The translations under genes and the position numbers were made by a program. 64,000 nt of DNA from an uncultured Acidobacteriota bacterium (lineage in GTDB: Bacteria > Acidobacteriota > UBA6911 > RPQK01 > CBDAPI01), in assembly GCA_964565865.1 (NCBI GenBank), contig CAZMGM010000003.1, positions 6,572 through 70,571 on the forward strand, read 5' to 3'. A model generated the notes under the pieces. It was not told the DNA's origin. It made no database searches and saw only the letters and a list, made by a program, of their open reading frames with translations. Shown here piece by piece: positions 1 to 10,143 of this stretch; within the stretch, counting starts at the first letter, position 1; every line of letters begins with the position of its first letter.

Positions 1-1
1 T

Positions 2-811
2 GATCGATTCGGGATTGATGTGGAAAAAATCGAGGTCCGGCATGGAGATACCGACCAGGTGGCCTTCGGCTGGGGAACCTACGGAAGTCGGAGCGCAGCG
101 GTAGGGGGAAGTGCCCTGGCGGGCTCAGCCGACAAGATTATTGAGAAGGGCAGGAAAATTACGGCCCATCTGCTGGAAGCTGCCGAGGAGGATGTCGTCT
201 TCGAGAATGGAACGTACTCCGTCAGAGGTGTGCCCGACAAGGCGCATACGATCGAGGAGATCGCCCTTCAGGCGCATCTTGCCCACAACCTTCCCGAGGG
301 CATGGAACCAGGACTGCGGGCGACCACTTTTTATGACCCGGCCAATTTCACTTATCCTTTTGGGAGCCACATAGCGGTCGTAGAGGTCGATCCGCAAACC
401 GGGAAGGTCGACCTGATCAGCTACACCGCCGTCGACGATGTTGGGAACGTGATCAACCCGATGATTGTGGACGGACAGCTGCACGGTGGGATTGCTCACG
501 GAATCGGGCAGTGTCTTTTGGAGGAAGCCGTTTACGATGAAAATGGCCAGCTCGTCTCGGGAGAGCTTCTGGACTACGCAGTTCCCAAGGCCCACCAGCT
601 GGTCTCATACAATCTTGATCGAACGGTCACCCCTTGCCCACACAATCCTCTGGGAGTCAAAGGATGTGGGGAAGCTGGTGCCATCGCTGCACCTGCGGCC
701 GTCGCCAATGCAGTGATCGACGCCTTGAAGCCTTTCGGGATTAAGCATCTGGATATGCCTTTGACGCCGGAAAAGGTGTGGAATGCAATCCAGGCTCAGG
801 GTGGGTCCTAA
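2..811 (+). CDS. Molybdopterin-dependent hydroxylase large subunit, C-terminal part (CoxL/XdhA family; 5' end lies outside the window)
   Basis: The ORF runs in frame from the window edge with no upstream stop. The C-terminal region (…[13 protein letters not shown]…[18 protein letters not shown]…) is typical of aldehyde-oxidase/xanthine-dehydrogenase Mo-binding subunits. It is followed directly by FAD-subunit and maturation genes. Confidence 0.8.
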   Translation, partial: DRFGIDVEKIEVRHGDTDQVAFGWGTYGSRSAAVGGSALAGSADKIIEKGRKITAHLLEAAEEDVVFENGTYSVRGVPDKAHTIEEIALQAHLAHNLPEGMEPGLRATTFYDPANFTYPFGSHIAVVEVDPQTGKVDLISYTAVDDVGNVINPMIVDGQLHGGIAHGIGQCLLEEAVYDENGQLVSGELLDYAVPKAHQLVSYNLDRTVTPCPHNPLGVKGCGEAGAIAAPAAVANAVIDALKPFGIKHLDMPLTPEKVWNAIQAQGGS

Positions 812-812
812 C

Positions 813-1679
813 ATGTATCCAGCTCGTTTCGAATATCTTCGTGCAAGCAACCTGGCTGAGGCCATCGATCTGGTGGGCGCCCACCCTGGCGCCAAGTTCC
901 TGGCAGGCGGGCACAGTCTGATTCCGATGATGAAACTCCGTCTAGCTGGGGCTCCCGTGCTGATTGATATCGGCCGCTTGCCCGAGCTGAAGGGCGTAGA
1001 ACTGGACGGTGACACCCTGAGAGTTGGCGCTTTGACGACTCATTCCGAGCTGGCTTCCAGTGAGATGGTACGGAGCGCCTGTTCTCTGCTCGCGGAAGCC
1101 GCCTCCCAGATTGCTGATCCGGCGGTCCGTAACAGGGGGACAATCGGGGGGAATCTTGCCCACAGTGATCCCGGCTCGGACCTTCCTGCGGTGGTACAGG
1201 TTGTAAATGCCAGGCTGGTGGTAACTGGACCCAGCGAATCGCGGGAGGTTGAGGCAACTGATTTTTTCCTCGATCTTATGATGAGCGATTTGAAGGAGGA
1301 TGAGATTCTCACGGCAATCGAAATACCAGTTTCCGCTGGCAGCTCGGGATCCTGTTATCTCAAGTTCGAGCATCCTGCCTCGGGCTATGCAGTGTGTGGT
1401 GCTGCAGCCCAGGTTGAGCTCGCTGAGGACGGGAATTGCCGCGCCGCCAGCCTAGGATTTAATGGTGTGGCCTCCACCCCAGTCAGAATCGGATCTATCG
1501 AGCGTGCTCTTTCTGGCAGCTTTCTCGGGGACGATGAGATCGATCGCGCCGTGGATGACACTCTCTCCTTTGCCGACCCAATGGGTGATATGTACGCCTC
1601 TGCTCCCTACCGGGTGCACCTGGCCCACGTCTACGGGAAGCGGGCTCTCAAGAAAGCCAGAGACCGGGCTCGCGGCTAG
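813..1679 (+). CDS. Molybdo-hydroxylase FAD-binding medium subunit (CoxM/XdhB-like)
   Basis: Starts MYPARFEY…, a typical CoxM-type N-terminus, and carries the FAD_binding_5-like motif GGHSLIPMMKLR. The ATG at 813 overlaps the upstream stop. Confidence 0.8.
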   Translation: MYPARFEYLRASNLAEAIDLVGAHPGAKFLAGGHSLIPMMKLRLAGAPVLIDIGRLPELKGVELDGDTLRVGALTTHSELASSEMVRSACSLLAEAASQIADPAVRNRGTIGGNLAHSDPGSDLPAVVQVVNARLVVTGPSESREVEATDFFLDLMMSDLKEDEILTAIEIPVSAGSSGSCYLKFEHPASGYAVCGAAAQVELAEDGNCRAASLGFNGVASTPVRIGSIERALSGSFLGDDEIDRAVDDTLSFADPMGDMYASAPYRVHLAHVYGKRALKKARDRARG

Positions 1680-1685
1680 CAGTCC

Positions 1686-2594
1686 GTGGCGAAAGTTCTG
1701 GAATTATCGATCGAGCAGATCCAAGCAGGCCTTGAGGACAACCTTTACGTTGCTGATCGGTCCCTGAGCGTAGCTCTGTTCCTGTGTCTCCGTCTGCACA
1801 AGCCGCTGTTTCTGGAGGGCGAAGCGGGGGTCGGCAAAACGGAAGTGGCCAAGGTTCTTTCCGACCTTCTGGGACGCAGACTCATCCGCCTGCAGTGCTA
1901 CGAGGGCCTGGATATCAGCAGTGCCGTTTATGAATGGAACTACAGTCATCAAATGCTTGAGATCCGTCTTCTGGAGGCGCGGAAAGGGAGGCTCGACCCC
2001 GGTACCCCTCCCGACCTATTTGGTCGCCGGTTCCTTCTCAAGCGACCCCTGCTGGATGCTATAGATCATCAAGAAGAACAACCACCGGTTTTGCTGATCG
2101 ACGAGCTCGATCGCGCGGATGAAGAGTTCGAGGCTTTCCTGCTCGAGATCCTGTCCGATTTCCAGGTCAGCATTCCTGAGATAGGGACGATCCGAGCTAA
2201 GGATCCTCCCATCGTGGTCGTTACTTCGAACCGGACCCGCGAAATCCACGATGCCCTCAAGCGACGGTGTCTGTATCATTGGATCGACTATCCTGGATTC
2301 GAAAAGGAACTCTCGATTGTGTCTTTACGTTGCCCCGATGCTTCCGGGGCACTGGCTTCCCAGGTGGTTCGCTTCGTACAGGAACTGCGCAAGGAGGATC
2401 TCTTCAAGATTCCCGGGATTGCGGAGACCCTGGACTGGGTGAACGCATTGGTCGCCCTGAACCAGAACTCGGTTACCCAGGAGGCAACTGACGACACTCT
2501 GGGTCTGCTTCTGAAGTACCAGGACGACGTGGAGCTGGTTCGGGGTGATGGGGCCAAAAAGATTCTAGGCAAAACAGCAGCCTCTTCGAACTGA
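1686..2594 (+). CDS. MoxR-family AAA+ ATPase (CoxD-like maturation factor)
   Basis: Walker A (GEAGVGKT) and Walker B (LLIDELDRAD) motifs. The GTG start and MoxR-like architecture are typical of coxD in CODH/XDH clusters. Confidence 0.8.
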   Translation: MAKVLELSIEQIQAGLEDNLYVADRSLSVALFLCLRLHKPLFLEGEAGVGKTEVAKVLSDLLGRRLIRLQCYEGLDISSAVYEWNYSHQMLEIRLLEARKGRLDPGTPPDLFGRRFLLKRPLLDAIDHQEEQPPVLLIDELDRADEEFEAFLLEILSDFQVSIPEIGTIRAKDPPIVVVTSNRTREIHDALKRRCLYHWIDYPGFEKELSIVSLRCPDASGALASQVVRFVQELRKEDLFKIPGIAETLDWVNALVALNQNSVTQEATDDTLGLLLKYQDDVELVRGDGAKKILGKTAASSN

Positions 2595-2650
2595 GAAAGT
2601 GTTTGGCTTGCTGTCTTACCAACGGTGGGCTTTTCTTGAGGCTGACTAAC

Positions 2651-3889
2651 ATGCCCGATGCCGACAAGATTCTCGAGAATGTCATCCTCTTCTGCAGGGC
2701 GCTGAGACACAAGGGACTTGGCGTGACTACAGGGCAGGTGCTAACGGTAGTAGAGGCCCTACGCCACATCTCGCTCACTCGGCGCCGGGATGTCAGGTCA
2801 GCTTTGAGGGCGATTCTGATCAATCGAAAAACGGATCTAGATGCTTTCCATGAAGCCTTTGATAACTTTTGGAATGCCTCTTCAAGAAAGAGGGGCGCGG
2901 AACTCGGAAAACTTCTCCGGCCAACCAGCCGCCAAATGAACACCGCTTTTCTCGACCAGGCAGTCAGCCAATCAGCATCTGACGGGGAGGAAGATGAGCC
3001 TGACACCAGGCTGAGAAGTACCCGCATCCGATACAGCAACCTGGAAAAGCTGCGCCGGCACGACTTTGCCCATTTGACCGCCGCCGAGCTGGAACAGGTG
3101 AAAGAGCTGATGCGCCAGTTTTCCTGGTCCCCGCCGCTCCGTAAGACGCGGCGCAAAATAGCTGCCAGACGAGGAACGGACCTTGATTTGAGGCGTCTCT
3201 TTCGAACTAGCCTGAGGTTTGAAGGGTGGCCGCTCTCGCTGACCTGGAGATCCCGGAAGATACGCTACCGACCGCTGGTTCTGATCTGCGATGTCAGTGG
3301 CTCGATGGAGCCTTACGCACGGATCCTCCTTCAATTCTCCTATGTTCTGAGCAGGGGATGGAAGCACGTCGAGGTCTTTCTTTTCAGCACTAGGCTCACC
3401 CGGATTACTCATCAACTTCGGCATAAAGACATCGACGTGGCCCTGGATCGCGCCGTCTCCATCGCCCCTGATTGGGGCGGAGGCACCCGGATCGGAGAAG
3501 CGCTGAGAGATTTCAACTACCGCTGGTCGCGCCGGGTACTCGGCGGCGGTCCAGTTGTCTTGATCATCAGCGACGGATGGGATCGGGGAGAAACCAATCG
3601 CCTGGCTGAGGAAATGGACCGTCTGCGCAGAAGTTGCCATACTCTGATCTGGCTGAATCCGCTTTTGGGTACTCCCGGGTACCAGCCTCTCACGCTAGGG
3701 ATTGTAGCGGCTCTGCCCAGGGTGGACTTCTTCTTGCCAGCGCACAATCTCCTGAGCCTGGAACGCCTGGGTTCTATGCTACAGGGAGTGTCCCTCGCCA
3801 CGCATCCATATCCGCGACCAGGAGACGCAGTGGGGGCGTCGTGGGGTGTCCGGGTCCGGCCACCTCAACTGAGGGGGCATTCTGCATGA
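2651..3889 (+). CDS. VWA-domain protein (CoxE-like)
   Basis: MIDAS motif DVSGSM near the C-terminal VWA domain. Position after the MoxR ATPase matches the coxD-coxE pairing. Start chosen at MPDADKIL. Confidence 0.75.
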   Translation: MPDADKILENVILFCRALRHKGLGVTTGQVLTVVEALRHISLTRRRDVRSALRAILINRKTDLDAFHEAFDNFWNASSRKRGAELGKLLRPTSRQMNTAFLDQAVSQSASDGEEDEPDTRLRSTRIRYSNLEKLRRHDFAHLTAAELEQVKELMRQFSWSPPLRKTRRKIAARRGTDLDLRRLFRTSLRFEGWPLSLTWRSRKIRYRPLVLICDVSGSMEPYARILLQFSYVLSRGWKHVEVFLFSTRLTRITHQLRHKDIDVALDRAVSIAPDWGGGTRIGEALRDFNYRWSRRVLGGGPVVLIISDGWDRGETNRLAEEMDRLRRSCHTLIWLNPLLGTPGYQPLTLGIVAALPRVDFFLPAHNLLSLERLGSMLQGVSLATHPYPRPGDAVGASWGVRVRPPQLRGHSA

Positions 3890-4497
3890 GTGTGTCGGGA
3901 ATTCTGCTGGCCGCAGGCCGGTCTCTTCGGTTTGGTGACGAAGCGAAGCAGCTGCTCGATTTCGACGGCGAGCCGCTGGTTCGAAGAATCGCCCGGGCAG
4001 CTTGCCTCTCCACACTCGGGGAGGTCGTCGTAGTGACGGGCTATCGAGCTTCCGAAATGGAGGCGGCCTTAGAGGGGCTGGGGGTGAGAACTATTCTCAA
4101 CCCCCGCTATCGAGATGGTTTGAGCACTTCCATTGGGGTGGGGATCCAAAACGTAACGACCTGTGCGGGGGGCGCACTCATTATGACCGCGGATCAGCCA
4201 TTTTTGAGTACGGAAGTGATGGACCAAATCGTTTCAGCGTATGCTGGCACGGGAGCTGCCATCGTGGGCCCGGTGTTCGAGGGCCGGCACGGCTCCCCGG
4301 TGTTGTTCGACCGCAGCCTGTTCGTCGAGCTCCTGGAACTGAGGAATGATGAGGGAGGTCGACAAATCATCCAGCGGAGCCCCGGCATGCTGGAAGCAGT
4401 GGAGCTCGGAAGTGCCCTGCCTCTGACCGACATCGATACGCGGGCGGAATACGAGCGCCTGCTCGGATACACTAGTGCGGCGAGTTATAAATTCTGA
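3886..4497 (+). CDS. MobA-like nucleotidyltransferase, probably molybdenum cofactor cytidylyltransferase (MocA)
   Basis: N-terminal motif LLAAGRSLRFG of the MobA/MocA family. Overlaps the upstream stop by 4 nt (ATGA). Confidence 0.7.
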   Translation: MSVSGILLAAGRSLRFGDEAKQLLDFDGEPLVRRIARAACLSTLGEVVVVTGYRASEMEAALEGLGVRTILNPRYRDGLSTSIGVGIQNVTTCAGGALIMTADQPFLSTEVMDQIVSAYAGTGAAIVGPVFEGRHGSPVLFDRSLFVELLELRNDEGGRQIIQRSPGMLEAVELGSALPLTDIDTRAEYERLLGYTSAASYKF

Positions 4498-4681
4498 AAC
4501 CTGGCCCTCCGCCGTCAGTCGCAGAATGATCCTCACACTTTCGGCCGGGTCCTTTGGGACTGGAGACTGGGAGAGAGCTTGCCGACAGCAAGCGGAGTGA
4601 ACCAGAATCGATGATGCGTTGTTCCAGCCCCGACGAGCGGGAGAAAGAAAAGGACTCCGATTGTTGAATCTGGTCGAATCG

Positions 4682-5713
4682 ATGACCTCGGCCTGGCAGC
4701 GGGGGGAGAGGGTCTTTCTGGCGACCGTCGTCAGTGTCGAGGGTTCTGCTTATCGCCACGAGGGAGCCAAGTTACTCGTTTTTGAAGATGGGAGCTACCA
4801 GGGAATGATTTCCGGAGGCTGCCTGGAACCCGAGATTGGCGCGACTGTGTCCCGGTTCGACGTTGGGGAGCCCATATATCGACACTTCGATCTCCGCGAT
4901 GACTCCGTATTCGGACTAGGGATGGGCTGCGGGGGCATGGTGGGAGTGTTCATTGAGCCGGCTCTGGACGGACCCGTCTGGAGATCCTGGCTGCAAACCT
5001 TCGAAAGAAACAGCCCCTCAGTTAGAGCCCTTGTCTATCAATCGGACGTCGCAGACGTCGCTGTCGGGGCATTCCTGGTGATCGAGGAGAACTGCCACAG
5101 GGGATCCACGGGCGACGAAGGCCTGGACCGGGAGGTCCTGGCGCGGTCCAGGGCGTTGCTTGAGAGCGATGGGGGAGCGAGCAGAGAACTAGATTTAGAG
5201 GGTCTCCGCCTGCTGCTGGATGTTTCTCTTGCGCCTCCCCGGCTGGTGATTTTCGGAGGTGGAGATGATGCTATCCCGGTAGCGAGGCTGGCCCATATGA
5301 CTGGTTTCGGGGTGACTGTCGTGGATGCCCGCGCCAGTTTCGTCACTTCGGAGCGGTTTCCCGAATCTCGCCTAATCATTGTGCCACCAGAGCAGTACAG
5401 CGAAGTAGGTCTGCGCCCGAAGGACTTGATCATCATCATGCATCATCACCTTGCAAAGGATGCGGTGGCCCTCGGTCAGGCCCTCCAGAATAGGTGCAAA
5501 TACATTGGTTTGCTGGGACCTCCGCATCGCTTTGAAAAAGTCAAAGAGCTGCTCGAACAGGACGCCCACCCATTCGGTGCTTTCGATTTTTCCCGGATCG
5601 ATACGCCGATAGGAGTCGATATCGGCGCTCGAGGACCGGAGGAAATTGCCCTCAGCATTATGGCCAAACTGGTTTCGGTCAGGCGGGGGAGCAGCCGGCT
5701 GGATCAAGTCTGA
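4682..5713 (+). CDS. XdhC/CoxF-family molybdo-enzyme maturation protein
   Basis: XdhC_CoxI-like N-terminus (VFLATVVSVEGSAYRHEGAKL) and a C-terminal Rossmann-like region (LVIFGGGDDA…). Last gene of the maturation cluster. Confidence 0.75.
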   Translation: MTSAWQRGERVFLATVVSVEGSAYRHEGAKLLVFEDGSYQGMISGGCLEPEIGATVSRFDVGEPIYRHFDLRDDSVFGLGMGCGGMVGVFIEPALDGPVWRSWLQTFERNSPSVRALVYQSDVADVAVGAFLVIEENCHRGSTGDEGLDREVLARSRALLESDGGASRELDLEGLRLLLDVSLAPPRLVIFGGGDDAIPVARLAHMTGFGVTVVDARASFVTSERFPESRLIIVPPEQYSEVGLRPKDLIIIMHHHLAKDAVALGQALQNRCKYIGLLGPPHRFEKVKELLEQDAHPFGAFDFSRIDTPIGVDIGARGPEEIALSIMAKLVSVRRGSSRLDQV

Positions 5714-5768
5714 CCGATCTGAAGTTCCGGGTCTCGACTTTCCAGCTGCGTCGCCCGGTAGGACTGAA

Positions 5769-6191
5769 ATGAATTCCAAAGCTCTTCGTCTTCTCTGGAT
5801 TCTTCTCGTCCCGGCAATGAACTTTTCCTATTATTGGTCGTCGCTCGGGAGCTATTTTGTTTCCGAGGACTTTATTTTCCTGGTCCGGTCGCAAGACCCG
5901 TGGCAAACATTCGGGTCTCTCCAGGACAGATGGGTTCTCCCTGTGGGCCTGGTTTTCTGGAAACTTACGGTAGAGTTGTTCGGATACTCGGCTCCGGCTC
6001 ACCGTCTTTGTAATCTCCTCGTCCATTTCCTTAACGTGGCCCTTTTTTACCGGCTGTTGCGTGCGACGATCCAAGACAGGGAGGTGAGCCTTCTGGCAGT
6101 GGTCATTTTCTGTCTCTTCCTCATTCATCCCGAGGCAGTGCCAGGGCTCTCCGGGCACGGTGGTCTACCGATGGAACTAAAGCCATTTTGA
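5769..6191 (+). CDS. Hypothetical hydrophobic protein, possibly a truncated N-terminal fragment of a larger membrane glycosyltransferase-like protein
   Basis: 141-aa ORF with several hydrophobic segments (LLWILLVPAMNF…, LLAVVIFCLFLI…). No recognisable catalytic motif. It is followed by about 200 nt without a coding continuation. Confidence 0.3.
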   Translation: MNSKALRLLWILLVPAMNFSYYWSSLGSYFVSEDFIFLVRSQDPWQTFGSLQDRWVLPVGLVFWKLTVELFGYSAPAHRLCNLLVHFLNVALFYRLLRATIQDREVSLLAVVIFCLFLIHPEAVPGLSGHGGLPMELKPF

Positions 6192-6408
6192 AGCTCAGTA
6201 GGTCTGCTTGGTTTTCCGACCAGAGCGCGTCTTCAGTCGCACTATTTCTGAGTTCCGCGTTCCGTGCTCGGCATGTCGATCTCTCAGCTTCTCAGCCGGT
6301 TGAGGCGCCCATCGGCCCCGTGGTGATCGCCTTGCGTCGGTACCGTTGGGCGTCCGCAGTGCGGCCTGCGAGCCTTTCACCACGGACTGGTAGAATTTAT
6401 TCTTGAGT

Positions 6409-7380
6409 ATGCCATCGTTCGAGCCACGCCCCTGTATCGGAGTTGACATTGGTGGGACCAACATGAGAGCCACCGTCGTCGATTCGAATCATCATCCGGT
6501 TCGAGCTTTGCGCAGGAAGACCAGGGCTCACCTGGGATATCAATCCGTGCTTGATCGAATCGGGGAGATTGTTGCACTGCTGCGGGACGAGGTGGGTCTG
6601 AAGCGGGAACAGATCTCTGGACTCGGAGTTGGAGTTCCGGGGCCGGTAGACATGACCCACGGGAAGGTGATGGACGCCCCTAATCTAGGTTGGAAGCAGC
6701 TCGGTATCCGTGATTCTCTGGAGAGAATCACGGGTTTGTCCACGACCCTGGACAACGATGTCAACCTGGCTCTTTACGGCGAGGTAAAGGCTGGGGCCGC
6801 CGTTGAGTATGAGGATTGTCTCGGAATTTGGACTGGGACTGGGGTCGGAGGAGCTCTGGTGCTCTCGGGTCGGCTCTACCGCGGACCCCAGTCTACTGCA
6901 GGGGAGATCGGCCATACCACGGTGCTGCCGGGTGCAGGCCTGGGCCGAGAAACCCTGGAGCAGCTTGCAAGTCGTACAGCTATCGTGGGGACGCTGACGG
7001 ATCTGATACGGTCAAACCATCCGAGCACTCTCAGTGCGATGGTGGATGCCGACTTCGCTCAGATCAAGTCGAAAATTGTGTCCAGGGCCGTTCTGGCCGG
7101 CGACTCGCTTGCCATTCGGGTTGTCCGCGATGCGGCGCGCCTTACTGGCATCGCAGCCGCCAATCTCATAACCACCCTTAGTCTTCCCTGTGTCGTGCTG
7201 GGCGGCGGTCTGGCCACGGCGCTGGGCGCTCCCTGGGCCGAGTGGGTCGGTGAATCTGTAGCTGAGCACGTGTGGCCTGAATCCTTGCCGGAAGTTAAGG
7301 TGCTGATCGCCGCGCTTGGAGATGACTCTGGAACTATTGGAGCTGCCATCGCGGCCAGGGAGCGTTGCGGATCAGACTGA
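6409..7380 (+). CDS. ROK-family sugar kinase (glucokinase-like)
   Basis: N-terminal ATPase motif GVDIGGTNMR, plus the ROK signature regions (LDNDVNLALYGE; GTGVGGALVLSGRLYRG). Start taken at ATG 6409; an alternative TTG lies at 6403. Confidence 0.85.
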   Translation: MPSFEPRPCIGVDIGGTNMRATVVDSNHHPVRALRRKTRAHLGYQSVLDRIGEIVALLRDEVGLKREQISGLGVGVPGPVDMTHGKVMDAPNLGWKQLGIRDSLERITGLSTTLDNDVNLALYGEVKAGAAVEYEDCLGIWTGTGVGGALVLSGRLYRGPQSTAGEIGHTTVLPGAGLGRETLEQLASRTAIVGTLTDLIRSNHPSTLSAMVDADFAQIKSKIVSRAVLAGDSLAIRVVRDAARLTGIAAANLITTLSLPCVVLGGGLATALGAPWAEWVGESVAEHVWPESLPEVKVLIAALGDDSGTIGAAIAARERCGSD

Positions 7381-7483
7381 GGGGTCACGGAGACGGGTGC
7401 GGCCCGGCAACTCAAATGGCGTCCCGTCAGGTCCCTGAAGTTGTGAAACGAAGCCTCGCCGCTTGACAGGCTGCTAGGGAGAA

Positions 7484-8059
7484 TTAGCCGAATAATTTCA
7501 GCAGTACGAAGACCAGAATGCCCGTTGTGGACATATAGAGCCAGGCCGGGAAGGTGAAACGGGCAAGTTTTCTATGGTTGTGAAAACTGCCCGTGAAGGC
7601 GAGGTATAGCGTTGTCAGAATCAAGGGGAGTGTGATGGCTGCAGTCAGGACGTGGCTGAGCAGGATTGCCCAATACACTGTCTTTGCCCACCAGACACCC
7701 AAAAAGGGAGTGTTCCCGTGCAGGAAATGGTGGGTGATATAGCTGACCAGGAACACCACAGTGAAACAGCAGGAACTCAGCACAAAGCGCATGTGGACTC
7801 TGGCACGACCGCGCCGAATGGCCCGAACGCCCAGGATCAGGCAAGTCGCACTCAGAGTGTTCAAGGTGGCATTGAGGGCCGGGAGAAAAAGGAATTGATC
7901 GCTGAAGCCGTCAGCCGGCTCTTTTATGTACAAAATCCAAAGCAAAAAGGCGACCACAGAAATGCTTACCAGAAGGATCAAGGTCAGAACAGACGGACTT
8001 ACCCCGATCTTTGACCCGAGGCCGTAGAGCTTCAGATTGTAGTTCAACAAATTCTGCAT
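7484..8059 (-). CDS. DUF420-family integral membrane protein
   Basis: Four predicted TM helices and a conserved His-rich segment (ITHHFLHGNTPFLGVWW), typical of DUF420/YozB. Confidence 0.6.
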   Translation of the reverse strand: MQNLLNYNLKLYGLGSKIGVSPSVLTLILLVSISVVAFLLWILYIKEPADGFSDQFLFLPALNATLNTLSATCLILGVRAIRRGRARVHMRFVLSSCCFTVVFLVSYITHHFLHGNTPFLGVWWAKTVYWAILLSHVLTAAITLPLILTTLYLAFTGSFHNHRKLARFTFPAWLYMSTTGILVFVLLKLFG

Positions 8060-8347
8060 TTTTTCGTTAAGATACTACTACTGAGTAGGTCGTAATTCCA
8101 GATATTACACCTCTTGCCAACGATTCAGGGGCCGTAACCTGGTTTCTCCCGCTTCCGATGTATTTTCCTGCAGGCACCTCTTGGGTTGGGCGAGATCACG
8201 GCGCATAGGCGCGCCTCCTGCTGTGGGCGGCCATCACGAGACAACATTCGGTCCGGACTTGTTCTAAGGGCCTTTGAAGGCATCGGAGCCAGTACACACT
8301 GTTGACTGATTTTAAGTTTAGATTAGACTCGTCTACCCGGCAACACG

Positions 8348-8947
8348 ATGGCGGTCTCTAACGTTACAATAGTCTCTATGCGCAAACATCCTCCGGCATT
8401 TGCCCTGCTGTGGTTGGCCCTGGCCTGGAGCCTCTATGGGCAGGACATGGAGCTGAAAGCAAGGTCTATGTTAAAGGGTACCCTCCCTATCGGGTTCCCA
8501 ACGGAAATCCTGGATGCGGGGTTTGCCGTCATCGAGCTGACCATAATCAACAAGGGTGAATCGTCGAAGGAAGTGAGTCCCGATACAATTCTGACGTGGT
8601 CGCCCAAGAAAAAGCGGCTATCCCGTGTACTGCCCTCCAAGATTATGCCCAGAATGATGAAATTCTACCGGGGTCAGAATAGAATTGGCGGAGACATCTA
8701 CACGGGCTCCAGTCTCCCTCCAGGAGGGAATTCGGGGGGCGTGACTGCCGGTTCTAGGGCCAGGTCATATTCGGTCGTAGCCATCCAGCAACTACGGATT
8801 ATCCTGGAAGGGTATCAATTGAAAAAAGGCGCTCTGGAAGGGGGAGAATCCATTCAGGGTTACATTTACGTCAAGTCGAAGAAGCGGGGTGTGCAGTTGG
8901 CAGGGGGAAAGGTAGAAATAGACCAAACAAGCGCCGTGATTGAGTGA
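8348..8947 (+). CDS. Hypothetical secreted protein (signal peptide)
   Basis: N-terminal signal peptide MRKHPPAFALLWLALAWSLYGQ. No recognisable domain. Lies in an AT-rich region. Confidence 0.45.
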   Translation: MAVSNVTIVSMRKHPPAFALLWLALAWSLYGQDMELKARSMLKGTLPIGFPTEILDAGFAVIELTIINKGESSKEVSPDTILTWSPKKKRLSRVLPSKIMPRMMKFYRGQNRIGGDIYTGSSLPPGGNSGGVTAGSRARSYSVVAIQQLRIILEGYQLKKGALEGGESIQGYIYVKSKKRGVQLAGGKVEIDQTSAVIE

Positions 8948-9078
8948 GGTTCTGGATCGTTTCTGGGTACTAGCTGTTGTTGAAAGTTGAAAATTGGGAA
9001 TTTTGGAGGGCAGATTTCTCCCACTTTGTGATCCACGTTCTTAACTCAACTAAATTCTAGACTTTAAATTATAATAAC

Positions 9079-9252
9079 TTATAAATAAAAGGAAAAACTT
9101 ATACGTAATCCTTCAACGAATGGAGCCAGGCGAGCGACTGTGATCTGAAGGGTACTGAATATCCAGGAGAGCAGAATGATAAAACCGGCAAGGATTCCGA
9201 AAAGGCTGGCCGGGTGGGGAAGTGCATTTTCCAGCCGTTCCTGGCGGTTCAT
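9079..9252 (-). CDS. Hypothetical small single-TM protein (57 aa)
   Basis: Translated by hand from the minus strand: MNRQERLENALPHPASLFGILAGFIILLSWIFSTLQITVARLAPFVEGLRISFSFYL. It lies directly downstream of the SEC-C gene and is not in the ≥60-aa ORF track. Confidence 0.25.
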   Translation of the reverse strand: MNRQERLENALPHPASLFGILAGFIILLSWIFSTLQITVARLAPFVEGLRISFSFYL

Positions 9253-9306
9253 CTGAATGCGCTCACCCTGGTTGGGAAAAGTCTGAATCCTGCGTCAACT
9301 GTCGTG

Positions 9307-9549
9307 TCAGATTCGGAAAATTCTCTTGTACCAGGGGATCCCCAAGCGTTTCAGTTCTTCGCGGTGCCGCTGGCGGCTGAGCTTCTGCAGGAAGGCGTTT
9401 CCCCCCGACTGGTGGCAGTCCTTGTACTTGCGCCCGCTTCCACAGGGACAGGGCTCGTTCCTGCCCACGCGGAGCGATTTCCTAGGATCCTGAAAGGGAC
9501 CGGACTTGAGCATCTGACGTGTGATTTTCTGAGTTTTTTTTCTGGCCAT
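9307..9549 (-). CDS. SEC-C motif domain small protein
   Basis: Metal-binding SEC-C motif [13 protein letters not shown] in an 80-aa basic protein. Confidence 0.6.
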   Translation of the reverse strand: MARKKTQKITRQMLKSGPFQDPRKSLRVGRNEPCPCGSGRKYKDCHQSGGNAFLQKLSRQRHREELKRLGIPWYKRIFRI

Positions 9550-10143
9550 TGCAGTAGGGGGGATGATGCCTCCACCAAGATTGAATCATTTTCCCTTTTT
9601 CCTGGTCAACTCTCCCACCTAGCTCGACCCCTTTGGGAGTTCCTGGCTCCCACCACCTGGCCATCTTGCCGAATTCCAACACAGTAGGCTCCACCAAAGT
9701 AGGTCGACAGAGATTTCCAGTACCTTACCTGGTAGGCGATTTACTCCAGCGCTTGTCGGGTATTTTCTCCGAAGCCTGGTACTCACTTCAGGACGCCGTC
9801 CTCAGAGTGGAGCCCACGGACGTTGCACCGCACTTTCGAGGGAAAACTCAAAATCAATGAGTTTGGAGATCACCGGAAGGAGCGAAGTTCTGATTCGGGT
9901 GATTGCCCCGCTTCCGATGACAGCTCAACTCAATGATCCTAGAGAACAAGGGTGGGGTGCTCATCGTGGGGATTGTATGTCCGGGGGCCCGTCGTGTCTT
10001 GGCCGAAGTTTTCTTCGGCCTTGTCGCTCTCGAAGTTAGGTCGGAAGAACACTAAACCTCTAACTCGTGTCCTGGTATACTCGGGCTCGGTCGCCAGGAT
10101 GAGAAATCAGTCCGGCCCATCCCTTCGCTACAAGAAGCGTGAG

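Noticed and set aside
9214-9687. 157-aa plus-strand ORF overlapping the SEC-C gene
   Set aside because: It is antisense to a small ORF carrying a strong CPCGSG…C motif, and has no motifs of its own.
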